Assembly (NCBI GenBank): GCA_029242715.1
Contig: JAQWTL010000002.1
Span: 7,445 to 71,444, forward strand
Direction: 5' to 3'
DNA: 64,000 nt
Source of the DNA: Phycisphaerales bacterium
GTDB taxonomy: Bacteria > Planctomycetota > Phycisphaerae > Phycisphaerales > SM1A02
Of the stretch, positions 8,665 to 17,440 are shown piece by piece; position 1 is the first letter of the stretch, and each line of letters starts with the position of its first letter. The notes beneath the pieces were generated by a model that was given only the letters and a program-made list of their open reading frames with translations, was not told the DNA's origin and made no database searches. The translations under genes and the position numbers were made by a program.

Positions 8665-9735
8665 ATGCAGACATTCACCAAGATCATTGCTGGCGTTGCC
8701 ACTGCGACCGTCATGACCGCAACCACTGCCCTGGCCGGAACTCCCGACCAGGCAACTGCCATGAAACATCTGGCTTCCTACATCGGTTCCTGGGAAACAT
8801 CAGGCACGACGACGGATGCCTTTCCGAACCTGCCTGCTGGCGTTGAATACACCGAAGTCACCGAGTACCGATGGAACGGTGAAATGGATACGGTTGTTTC
8901 AAACTGGAAGATGAGCACGAAGAAGGGACAGGTCCTGTCCATGGGCACCGGCATGCTCACATGGAGCGACGATCACAAGACCCTGGTACTTGAATACACG
9001 GGCCAGGACAAAGGAACTCCTTTCCATGGCAGTGCGACACTGAGCAAGTTGACCGAGAACGCCAGCTCATGGCAATGTTATGAGCAAGATGCCAAGGGAA
9101 CTCAGATCTGGTATCTCTCAACCGACACATTCCCGAATGGTCCCGGCAACAGCTGGTCCTCCTCCATGCAATCCTGTGACAGCAACTGGCAGCCAACTGG
9201 AGACACTGAGACCAGCAGCATGAGCCGCGTGAACATGTTCACCAAGCACTGTGGGCCTATTGCAGACATGATCGGTACCTGGACATGGAAGACCAAGGAT
9301 GATGCCGGAACACCGATGACCAAAACCAATACCTATGAATGGGGACCAGGCAAACGGTCAATCATGTGTCGCTTCTATGAGACACGTAACGGCGAAACGA
9401 CCCTGATGGCCTGTGAGACGATGTATTCCACAGAAGATGGCAAGGGCATTCGTGGCAACTACTGGAACAACAAGGGCGGCAACATTGACTGGCTCATCAC
9501 CGAGATGACAGAAAATGGATCCAATGCCCATTGGTCAAGCAACTTCTGGGGCAATTCGGCAGATGGAACACCCATCAGTGGTGAGATCACTGGACATATG
9601 ACAAACGCCAACCAGTTCAATTACAACATTGTCAGGATGAATTACGGCGGAACCGACATGCCCACCGAAGGGATGAATCCTGAAAATCGTCTTTTCAAAC
9701 GGACAAGCACCATGGCAACTGTGCCAACAAACTGA
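8665..9735 (+). CDS. secreted hypothetical protein with an internally duplicated domain
   Basis: Signal peptide (TATTALAGTP). GGGAGA RBS upstream. Both halves open with an IGxW motif (YIGSWETSG..., MIGTWTWKT...). The gene is bracketed by two strong terminators. The family is uncertain; it looks DUF1579/lipocalin-like by eye only. Confidence 0.5.
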   Translation: MQTFTKIIAGVATATVMTATTALAGTPDQATAMKHLASYIGSWETSGTTTDAFPNLPAGVEYTEVTEYRWNGEMDTVVSNWKMSTKKGQVLSMGTGMLTWSDDHKTLVLEYTGQDKGTPFHGSATLSKLTENASSWQCYEQDAKGTQIWYLSTDTFPNGPGNSWSSSMQSCDSNWQPTGDTETSSMSRVNMFTKHCGPIADMIGTWTWKTKDDAGTPMTKTNTYEWGPGKRSIMCRFYETRNGETTLMACETMYSTEDGKGIRGNYWNNKGGNIDWLITEMTENGSNAHWSSNFWGNSADGTPISGEITGHMTNANQFNYNIVRMNYGGTDMPTEGMNPENRLFKRTSTMATVPTN

Positions 9736-9761
9736 ACAAGACGTCACTGGTTTCAATATAG

Positions 9762-9800
9762 ACAAGGGCGGCCCATTGGGGCCGCCCTTGTTCGTTCTTT
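9762..9800. terminator. bidirectional Rho-independent terminator between convergent genes
   Basis: Perfect 13-bp stem ACAAGGGCGGCCC / GGGCCGCCCTTGT with a 4-nt loop ATTG, then TCGTTCTTT on the + strand. It lies between the stops at 9735 (+) and 9813 (-). Confidence 0.7.
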
Positions 9801-9812
9801 CACTGGCCATGC

Positions 9813-11135
9813 TCAGCAGTCGCCGAGCGTCAACCATAAGAAGTAGTCTTTCACATTGACCACGCCGTCTTCATTCAGGTCGTACTTGCTGCTATCGCCC
9901 TTCTTGACGGGGCCAAGGTTATAGAAGATCAATAGAAGATCTCGCTTGTCGACCAGACCATCACCATTCAAGTCAGCGGGGCAAGGCTCGCAATCGATGA
10001 ATTCATTATTTATCAGATCACGCCAATCGCCATCAACCTGTTCAAGGCTATTGCACTCGAACAGATCGTCACGTGATTTCGCGATGGCACTGCCTTCGGC
10101 GTAGAGCGCGCCACCTGATACATCCGCAATGTTCTCGATGTACTGATTGTTGGTCGAGTAGAAGACCCACGCATCCTTGTCATTGCCACGAACGTGCACA
10201 GCACCACCCGTACCTAAATCGTTGGCCGCCATATGACCTGCCTGCTCAGCACGATTTCCGTTGAATACACAATCAGTGATCCAGATGCGATCCATCAATT
10301 GTGAATAGACCGCACCACCTCGGAGTACTTGGGGCTGAGGCTGCCCAGGAACGCCGCTGACCACGTTGGATTCAAATTCGCAACGCAAAAGACGAAGCGT
10401 CCCCTTCTTGGTGGCGATCGCGCCGCCACTGGCTTCCGATGGGATTTGGAAATGATCCCGATCATAATCCCTCACATGAAGGTAGTTGCCGGAGAATTCA
10501 CAATCCGTCAACTCCAATTCAGAGTCAAAGGAGTTGATCGCACCACCTCGAACAATATGCGTAATGGCATCCGCACGCTCCCAACTCACACCGCAATCCC
10601 GGAAAAGACATCCGAGAAAAGATGCCGAGCTTTCATAGATATTGATCGCGCCAACGGATCGTGACCCAGCGGGCTGATCTTCATCATCAGTGTACTGAGA
10701 CTGGATATCGATGAATCTACAGTTGATAAAACGGGCATTGACCTGAGAAAAATCCAGGCCATCCTTGAAGCCTTCACCATGTAGACCGGCTCCCGCAAAT
10801 GTCAGATTCTGAAATGTGATTGTTATGGAGCGATCACGACAGAAATTATTCAACATGAAATGGTGGTTGGTCGCATCGGTCTTGATCACGGTGCGCTCCG
10901 CATACACACCTGACCCACGAAGAGTCACGTTGTCACAGAGTGAAACAAGGATCTTCTGGTTGTACTCGCCTGCCTCAAGCCAGACGGTCGACCCTTCAAC
11001 GGCTCGTCTCAATGCTGGAGCAATCGATCTGCCCCGGTCATCAACCGATACAAACTCATCTGCAAAGGTCGGAAGAGCGCAGACGCACATGCTGAGAACG
11101 GTAAAAATCGCCTTCTGAGAAGGTGAGAGATTCAT
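9813..11135 (-). CDS. secreted right-handed beta-helix repeat protein with C-terminal dockerin-like domain
   Basis: Start moved to the ATG giving signal MNLSPSQKAIFTVLSMCVCALPTFA, with AAGGA about 8 nt upstream. Periodic beta-helix-like repeats (ITFQNLTFAGAG, RFINCRFIDI, FLGCLFRDCG, LTDCEFSGN, LLRCEFESN, ITDCVFNGN). C-terminus: DLNGDGLVDKRDLLLIF...DLNEDGVVNVKDYFLWLTLGDC. Confidence 0.65.
   Translation of the reverse strand: MNLSPSQKAIFTVLSMCVCALPTFADEFVSVDDRGRSIAPALRRAVEGSTVWLEAGEYNQKILVSLCDNVTLRGSGVYAERTVIKTDATNHHFMLNNFCRDRSITITFQNLTFAGAGLHGEGFKDGLDFSQVNARFINCRFIDIQSQYTDDEDQPAGSRSVGAINIYESSASFLGCLFRDCGVSWERADAITHIVRGGAINSFDSELELTDCEFSGNYLHVRDYDRDHFQIPSEASGGAIATKKGTLRLLRCEFESNVVSGVPGQPQPQVLRGGAVYSQLMDRIWITDCVFNGNRAEQAGHMAANDLGTGGAVHVRGNDKDAWVFYSTNNQYIENIADVSGGALYAEGSAIAKSRDDLFECNSLEQVDGDWRDLINNEFIDCEPCPADLNGDGLVDKRDLLLIFYNLGPVKKGDSSKYDLNEDGVVNVKDYFLWLTLGDC
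9816..9983 (-). other. dockerin-like double EF-hand module ending in GDC
   Basis: CPADLNGDGLVDKRDLLLIFYNLGPVKKGDSSKYDLNEDGVVNVKDYFLWLTLGDC. It contains two DxNxDGxVxxxD Ca-loop-like segments. Confidence 0.6.
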
Positions 11136-11255
11136 GGTCTTTATCCTTGGTATTGCGCGGGTACGCGAGAAACGCCCCATCGAGCCCCACTATTCCGTTC
11201 GGGCCCCCGTGTGACACGAAACCCCCGGAATTGGACAAAGTCGCTTTGGAAGGGC

Positions 11256-12566
11256 TCAGGAACCGGGTTTACAGCAGCCTGCAGGCCGCTTGCCAGCCTT
11301 CTCCGCATCCGCGACTGAATCGTATTTCACTCGATTCTTCTCGGAGATCCGCTTGGCATTACCGCAACCTGCCTTGTGGAACACCTGACTTCGAGAGGAT
11401 GCCACGTAACCACCAGGATCCGCTGCTTCGCTTCCCTTTGACTCACCCTTCCCGCTGGAACCACTGGCTTTTTTCGTTGGAGTAGACCTCTTTACAGGCG
11501 AAGCCTTGAGCGCTCTGGACATGGCAGAACGAGGCCAAGGCTTTGCCTCGACACTGCCGCCCTGGCCTTCCATGGGAACAAGGTCAATGGCCAGTGGGTA
11601 ATGATCTGATGCATAGCCAGGAGGTATCGGATCGTTTCTCCAGTCATAGTCTTCAGCAGATGTCCCAAGAATGAAGCCGCTGCCATTGACCATTTCTCCA
11701 GAAGCAGCGTGGTTGAGCAGGATGAAGTCGATGAGTCTGCCCGAAGTGTGCGTGGTTCGAAGTGGTGAAGCATCGTCATGACCCAGACTGTGATTACGCA
11801 GCGTCATGGCATCAAGCATGCCGCCTCGGAAGTAGACCTGCATGGAGCGATCCCATGGCTGTGCATTGAAATCTCCCAGAACGATGATATTGCGATCTGG
11901 ATCACGCAGGTTCATTTCACCGACGTACTTCATGATCTGCAAAGCCTCTGCCTCGCGATGCCACCTGTTGTAACCAGCCTTGTGGTGAACGATGAACAGA
12001 GTGAGCTCATAACCATCAGGTGTAGTGACAGTAGCGCAAAGCGGGCTGCGCTGAAAACTCACCTCATTCATTCCCTCTGGAACCTCATCCCATCCCCCGC
12101 CAGTCCTGACGACCCTGGTCAGATCTGCCGATGGCCAGGTCTTGACTTCCGAAATCGGAAAGCGACTCAACAAGCTCTGCTCGATCCCACGGTAATAACC
12201 GACATCCTTTGATGCGATGTGGTTGTATCCCATGTCGGCGAGGTAATTGTCACGGAACCATGCCAAGGCCGCCTCGGATTCAACTTCCTCCAGGGCCAGG
12301 ATGTCTGCATCAATTGCCCGTATGACACGAGCCAGTTCCCGACATCTTTCATCTGAACTGGGCCCTGGGTTGTCACCAAAATCGTCGTAGTCACCCTGCA
12401 GGGATGGATCATCCGTCTGATCGAAAAAGTTCAACATGTTGTAACTGGCCAACCGAACCGTTCCATCGAGCCGAGGCATCGGTTCGCTCAGACCGAACTT
12501 GTGGTGCGGAGAGGGAGCCAGAAGCAACATGACAAGCATTGCAAGTGTGTAGAGCATGCCTGCCAT
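11256..12566 (-). CDS. endonuclease/exonuclease/phosphatase (EEP) family protein with C-terminal Ada-like Zn-binding motif
   Basis: EEP motifs: VRLASYNMLNFFD, ADILALEEV, IVLGDFN, SDHYPL. C-terminus: VFHKAGCGNAKRISEKNRVKYDSVADAEKAGKRPAGCCKP, which resembles the Ada metal-binding domain. The start is uncertain: the track uses a TTG at 12620, and I prefer ATG 12566, which gives MAGMLYTLAMLVMLLLAPSP. Confidence 0.7.
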   Translation of the reverse strand: MAGMLYTLAMLVMLLLAPSPHHKFGLSEPMPRLDGTVRLASYNMLNFFDQTDDPSLQGDYDDFGDNPGPSSDERCRELARVIRAIDADILALEEVESEAALAWFRDNYLADMGYNHIASKDVGYYRGIEQSLLSRFPISEVKTWPSADLTRVVRTGGGWDEVPEGMNEVSFQRSPLCATVTTPDGYELTLFIVHHKAGYNRWHREAEALQIMKYVGEMNLRDPDRNIIVLGDFNAQPWDRSMQVYFRGGMLDAMTLRNHSLGHDDASPLRTTHTSGRLIDFILLNHAASGEMVNGSGFILGTSAEDYDWRNDPIPPGYASDHYPLAIDLVPMEGQGGSVEAKPWPRSAMSRALKASPVKRSTPTKKASGSSGKGESKGSEAADPGGYVASSRSQVFHKAGCGNAKRISEKNRVKYDSVADAEKAGKRPAGCCKPGS

Positions 12567-12616
12567 AGTAGCGAACGACGGATGGTATTTTCCCCGGGCT
12601 ACAGGGAAGAACGGCT

Positions 12617-14854
12617 TCAAGCTGGCGTGGGCAGCCCCTCGACGATCCCATTGAGGGTTTCACTCGGCCGCATGGCCTTGGAAGCCTTCTCCGGATCAGG
12701 CTGGTAATACCCACCAACATCCATCGCCGGCCCTTGGACCCCATTGAGCTCAGCAATGATGGCATCTCGGCCGGATTCCATCGCACTGGCAATGGGACCA
12801 AACATCGATGCCAGTTCCGCATCCTGACCCTGCTCGGAGAGCGATCGCGCCCAAGCAGTTGCCAGATGAAAATGACTGCCACGATTGTCGAGTTCACCAC
12901 ATTTTCGCGACGGAGAATGATTCTGCATCAGATAGTCGGTTGTTGCCTGATCGAGAGTCTCGGAAAGCAATTTGGCCCGCTCATTGTCGAATCGGTCGGC
13001 GAGGTGCTCAAGAGAAGCTGCCAGAGCCATGTACTCTCCCAGGGAGTCCCAACGCAAGTGGTTCTCCTTCATGAACTGCTGAACATGCTTGGGGGCCGAA
13101 CCTCCTGCTCCCGTTTCAAAGAGTCCCCCACCATTCATGAGCGGGACGATGGACAACATCTTTGCACTGGTTCCTACTTCAAGAATCGGGAAGAGATCAG
13201 TGAGGTAGTCACGAAGCACGTTTCCTGTTACGGAAATCGTGTCTTCTCCACGACGGATTCGTTCAAGAGTGAACCGGGTCGCCTTGATGGGCGACATGAT
13301 GTGAAACTCCAATCCCTCGACGTCCTGCTCAGCAAGATAACGATCGACCTTGGCAACCAGTTGAGAATCATGGGCTCTCGTTCGATCCAGCCAGAAGACC
13401 GCAGGTTTACTGGTTGCACGAGCCCTTGAGATTGCCAGATTGACCCAGTCACGGATCGGAGCATCCTTGGTCTGACATGCACGCCAGATATCTCCGGCCT
13501 CTACATCATGCTCCAGAAGAACCTCTTCCTTGCCAGTCAGAATGCGAACCTTGCCATCAGAGGCAATCTCGAATGTCTTGTCATGAGAACCGTATTCTTC
13601 GGCCTTCTGAGCCATGAGTCCCACGTTGGGAACACTTCCCATGGTCGTAGGGTCATAAGCGCCATTCGCCTTGCAATCATCGATCACTGCCTGGTAAACA
13701 CCGGAGTAACTGCTGTCTGGAATGACTGCGACGGTGTCTTGAGTATCGCCCTCTGCATTCCACATGCAGCCCGATGTCCTGATCATGGCTGGCATGGACG
13801 CATCGATGATCACATCACTTGGCACGTGAAGGTTGGTAATTCCCTTGTCCGAATCAACCATCGCAAGCTGTGGACCACTCGAATAAACAGATTGAATGTC
13901 CGCTTCAATGGTCTCACGAGTTGCTTCGGGAAGCTCCTGGATCTTGGAAAGCAGATCACCGAAACCATTATTAACGTCTACACCAATTGAGTTGAAGACG
14001 TCCCCATGCTTTTCAAAGAGAGATTTGAAGAAAACACGAACGGCATGGCCGAAGATGATCGGATCTGAAACCTTCATCATCGTCGCCTTCATGTGCAAGG
14101 AGAACAGGATGCCTCGATCTTGAGCCAGCTTGATCTGATCTTCGAGAAACGAAACCAGTGCCTTGTGGCTCATGAAACTGGCATCAATGACTTCGCCCGC
14201 CAGGAGATCAAGAGAATCCTTGAGAACCGTCACGGTGCCATCTGTTGCAACATGCTCGATACGCACAGTTGCCGCATCCGTCATCGTGAGCGACTTCTCG
14301 TTGTTCCTGAAATCACCCTCGGACATGGTCGTCACGTCAGTCTTGCTGTCAGCAGACCAAGCCCCCATGGAGTGGGGATGAGCACGTGCATATTCCTTCA
14401 CAGCCTTCGGGGCTCGTCGGTCTGAATTACCCTGCCTGAGAACAGGGTTCACCGCACTACCCTTGACAGAGTCATATCGAGCTTTCACATCGTGCTCTTC
14501 GTCACTGGACGGTTCTTCCGGGTAGTCAGGAAGGTCGTATCCCTGCTTCTTCAACTCGGAAATGGCCGCCTTGAGCTGCGGAACTGATGCGCTGATATTG
14601 GGCAACTTGATGATGTTGGCCGCTGGTGTCTCTGCCATCAGACCCAGTTCCGCAAGTGCATCGTCTACACGCTGTGCCGCTTCCAACCGCTCAGGAAAGT
14701 GAGCGAGGATGCGACCTGCAAGCGAGATGTCACGCGTTTCAATCGCGATTCCAGCAGATTCACAGAAGGCACGAATGACCGGGAGGAATGCGTAGGTAGC
14801 CAGCGCTGGAGCTTCATCGGTGTGGGTGTAGATGATCGTGGGAGTTTCGGACAT
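12617..14854 (-). CDS. icd: isocitrate dehydrogenase (NADP+), monomeric type
   Basis: About 745 aa. It starts [30 protein letters not shown] and continues with ...[15 protein letters not shown]..., ...[18 protein letters not shown]..., ...[19 protein letters not shown]... This is the characteristic monomeric IDH. The track start at 14914 is an upstream TTG; the in-frame ATG is 20 codons later. Confidence 0.9.
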   Translation of the reverse strand: MSETPTIIYTHTDEAPALATYAFLPVIRAFCESAGIAIETRDISLAGRILAHFPERLEAAQRVDDALAELGLMAETPAANIIKLPNISASVPQLKAAISELKKQGYDLPDYPEEPSSDEEHDVKARYDSVKGSAVNPVLRQGNSDRRAPKAVKEYARAHPHSMGAWSADSKTDVTTMSEGDFRNNEKSLTMTDAATVRIEHVATDGTVTVLKDSLDLLAGEVIDASFMSHKALVSFLEDQIKLAQDRGILFSLHMKATMMKVSDPIIFGHAVRVFFKSLFEKHGDVFNSIGVDVNNGFGDLLSKIQELPEATRETIEADIQSVYSSGPQLAMVDSDKGITNLHVPSDVIIDASMPAMIRTSGCMWNAEGDTQDTVAVIPDSSYSGVYQAVIDDCKANGAYDPTTMGSVPNVGLMAQKAEEYGSHDKTFEIASDGKVRILTGKEEVLLEHDVEAGDIWRACQTKDAPIRDWVNLAISRARATSKPAVFWLDRTRAHDSQLVAKVDRYLAEQDVEGLEFHIMSPIKATRFTLERIRRGEDTISVTGNVLRDYLTDLFPILEVGTSAKMLSIVPLMNGGGLFETGAGGSAPKHVQQFMKENHLRWDSLGEYMALAASLEHLADRFDNERAKLLSETLDQATTDYLMQNHSPSRKCGELDNRGSHFHLATAWARSLSEQGQDAELASMFGPIASAMESGRDAIIAELNGVQGPAMDVGGYYQPDPEKASKAMRPSETLNGIVEGLPTPA

Positions 14855-15017
14855 CGCGGAATTCGCCTTCCTCTTACATGGACACTTGGTAGCAGCAGCC
14901 CGTCCAAGGGCCAAAAGGGAGATTCTAGCAAGCCTGAGAGCTGAACGAAGCCCCTTTGTTCCCCTTCGCAGCTTGGACTGTTACGATCCGTGCCACACCC
15001 CATTTCTGGAGCTTCCC

Positions 15018-15344
15018 ATGCGTACTCTCCTCAGCATTGCCATCCTGTCCTTCGCAACGATCCTGGTAACAGGCTGCAAAACGAATCCCGCCACCAACAC
15101 CTGCTCATGCAGCCCATGCACCTGCTCCAAGCCATGCCCCTGCGCCTCGAAAAAGGCCAGCCTCAGCATGATGAATGATTCATGTGGAATGTCGGGCAGA
15201 CCAGTCACCACAAGCTCTCCGCAAAGCAACTACAACGGCGAGACCATTGGTTTCTGCTGCAATGGCTGCAAAGCCAAGTTTGATTCAATGGACACCCAGG
15301 CAAAGGCCAGTTACGTCAGCGAAATGCAGACCAACGGCGCCTGA
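15018..15344 (+). CDS. small Cys-rich lipoprotein, putative metal-binding (metallothionein-like stretch plus YHS/TRASH-like CxxC motif)
   Basis: Internal ATG giving lipoprotein signal MRTLLSIAILSFATILVTGC. It is followed by NTCSCSPCTCSKPCPCASKK and the C-terminal YNGETIGFCCNGCKAKFD. Confidence 0.5.
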   Translation: MRTLLSIAILSFATILVTGCKTNPATNTCSCSPCTCSKPCPCASKKASLSMMNDSCGMSGRPVTTSSPQSNYNGETIGFCCNGCKAKFDSMDTQAKASYVSEMQTNGA

Positions 15345-15408
15345 AAGGCCTGACTCCCCCTGCCGCTTGGCTGTTGGAGTGTTTCAAGCATCAGAGTCAC
15401 GGCAAGAG

Positions 15409-17286
15409 TCAGTCCTTGATCATCTCGAGGATTTTGATGCGTTCATCCAGTGGAAGTTCCATGAATCCCTCGAAGCCCGAGTAGAAGGCATCCAGATTCT
15501 GGTGGCCGGTGTACTCCAGGATGACCGCCTCCCACCCTTCCTCATCCACAGCTGGATAGAAGTTGAGGAAGTAGTCATGAACGCTTCGTGAACGCGAACG
15601 TTTGATCACGTAGACCACAGCCCATGCTCCTGCGTCATAAGCCAGTTCACGGTGCCATTTCTTCACGGCGGGCTTGGCAGTCTCAATGTCTTCCATGTCT
15701 CGAATCGTGTATTTCAGATCCTCAGCACGTTCAAGCTGACGAGCATAGTGCGACATGGTTTCTTGACGGTTCCCCCAACCGTTCTTCTCTCCAAGATGAC
15801 AAGCCAGAAACTCAGCGCCACCTTCCATCATCCACGTCGGCGTGAAATCAAATGCCTTCTGGTACACGTGTGTGTACTCATGAATTCCGCGAGTTGGCAG
15901 ATTCTCTTCCCCCCAGCCATGCGTATTAATGAAGACCAGTTCCGCCGTCGGCGGATCTGACTCCATCGCCATGGTCAGGTAAGCCTCTTCTTCTCCATCA
16001 CGTGCCTTGCTGGCCAGTTCCATCCCTTCATGTGAAATACAGTCCTCAATCGGACGATCACTGTTCGCGGTGTGTACTTCGCAAAACGCTCTTGCGATTT
16101 CTTCAACCGATTGTGGCTCATCAAGTTCATCAGCCTGCTGTCCAACGATGAACACCTGCGTGGGGCCATAGTTGCCAAGGTAGTCACGCGTCACATCGAT
16201 TCCGCTCCGAACGGATTCCATGGCCTGTTCGCCATACCCATCATTGATGAAGTAGCGAGGCTCCTCGGTGACCTTTCTGGTCCATGCTCCTCGCAGACGC
16301 TCCAGTTCCTCTGGTGATTGGGGCGAGCCTGGATTCTGACTGACAAGCACCGGCAGGCCCATCATGTCTTCCAGCATTCGCCTTTCCCATCGAAGGTGGC
16401 CACTGCCATAGACCACAAGAACACGATCATGCTCCTGCAGCATCCGTGCTTCCAATTCAGCGAGGTTGTACTCACGAGCCTTCATCGCCAGGATCGCCAT
16501 CTTGCGAAGGATCGTCGGCTCATCTACCAGCATCGGATTCACCTCGGACCTGATCTTCCTGGCCTTGAACTTCTCCCCAAGATTTCGCTTGTACCAATTC
16601 AGAAAATCATTCGCATCAAAGTCGGATCTGATCTTGAATTTACGCTTCAGGAATCGCAGCGCCTTGTTGGCCTGCGAATCGAATTCGTCACGAGTAAGAT
16701 CCTGATTACGAACCATCTGAACCATTCGGCGAGCCAGGAGAAAACCCAGCAAGTCACTGTCGCTGTAACCCGCCTCATGTATGACATCAGTTGTCGCCTC
16801 AGGATCAGGCTCGCCTCCAATCACAATTGCACCACTGTCAATGCCCAAGACGGCGGCATAAAGAGATTCAGGCGCACTGCCGGATTCGACTCGTCGGCGT
16901 GCGTTTCCCAGAAATCGCTGGGGGTTCGGCCCTTCGCTGGTTCTCACCCCTTCAATGATTACGACATCAGGCTCGAGCCAATCAATGGCTTTTCGAACCA
17001 ACTCATGCGTAGGTGCGTTTTCAATATCCTTCTCATGCTTGGCAGCAAGAAACAGAAGTTGCTTGCCATCCTTCTCAAACAACGCCACGTAGGGAGCCCC
17101 CGTCACATCCGGATCCTGATCATCCTGGCGGCGAGGCTGCAACAGGGACAAGTCCGGCTCCAATCGGGCCCCCACCTGAACATCATGCTGATTTGCCGGG
17201 AAGGACTCGCTCACGACAAAGACGGTCAGAAGACTCAAGAGCCCTTGTGTCCAGAAGTTCCATAGCAACAGATGGGTGATGATCAT
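15409..17286 (-). CDS. hypothetical two-domain protein: Tiki/TraB/ChaN-like N-terminal half and HExxH-containing C-terminal half
   Basis: N-terminal anchor: MIITHLLLWNFWTQGLLSLLTVFVV. N-half segments KQLLFLAAKHEKD...PDVVIIEG... and ...HDRVLVVYGSGHLRWE resemble the GxGH end of ChaN/Tiki-type domains. The C-half contains TRGIHEYTHVYQ, an HExxH motif. Family assignments are tentative. Confidence 0.5.
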   Translation of the reverse strand: MIITHLLLWNFWTQGLLSLLTVFVVSESFPANQHDVQVGARLEPDLSLLQPRRQDDQDPDVTGAPYVALFEKDGKQLLFLAAKHEKDIENAPTHELVRKAIDWLEPDVVIIEGVRTSEGPNPQRFLGNARRRVESGSAPESLYAAVLGIDSGAIVIGGEPDPEATTDVIHEAGYSDSDLLGFLLARRMVQMVRNQDLTRDEFDSQANKALRFLKRKFKIRSDFDANDFLNWYKRNLGEKFKARKIRSEVNPMLVDEPTILRKMAILAMKAREYNLAELEARMLQEHDRVLVVYGSGHLRWERRMLEDMMGLPVLVSQNPGSPQSPEELERLRGAWTRKVTEEPRYFINDGYGEQAMESVRSGIDVTRDYLGNYGPTQVFIVGQQADELDEPQSVEEIARAFCEVHTANSDRPIEDCISHEGMELASKARDGEEEAYLTMAMESDPPTAELVFINTHGWGEENLPTRGIHEYTHVYQKAFDFTPTWMMEGGAEFLACHLGEKNGWGNRQETMSHYARQLERAEDLKYTIRDMEDIETAKPAVKKWHRELAYDAGAWAVVYVIKRSRSRSVHDYFLNFYPAVDEEGWEAVILEYTGHQNLDAFYSGFEGFMELPLDERIKILEMIKD

Positions 17287-17440
17287 GGATCTAGGGTACC
17301 AGCCATAAACTCACCTCCAATGGGGCAAACAACCTGATGACGGGCCCCTCGGGCCTGTCAGCTCTTGGGCCAGACAATTCGTGTTGCTTATCCGCAGATC
17401 GCCTGGTGGAGCCGCCTCACTGGATTGGTACCATCAGGAC

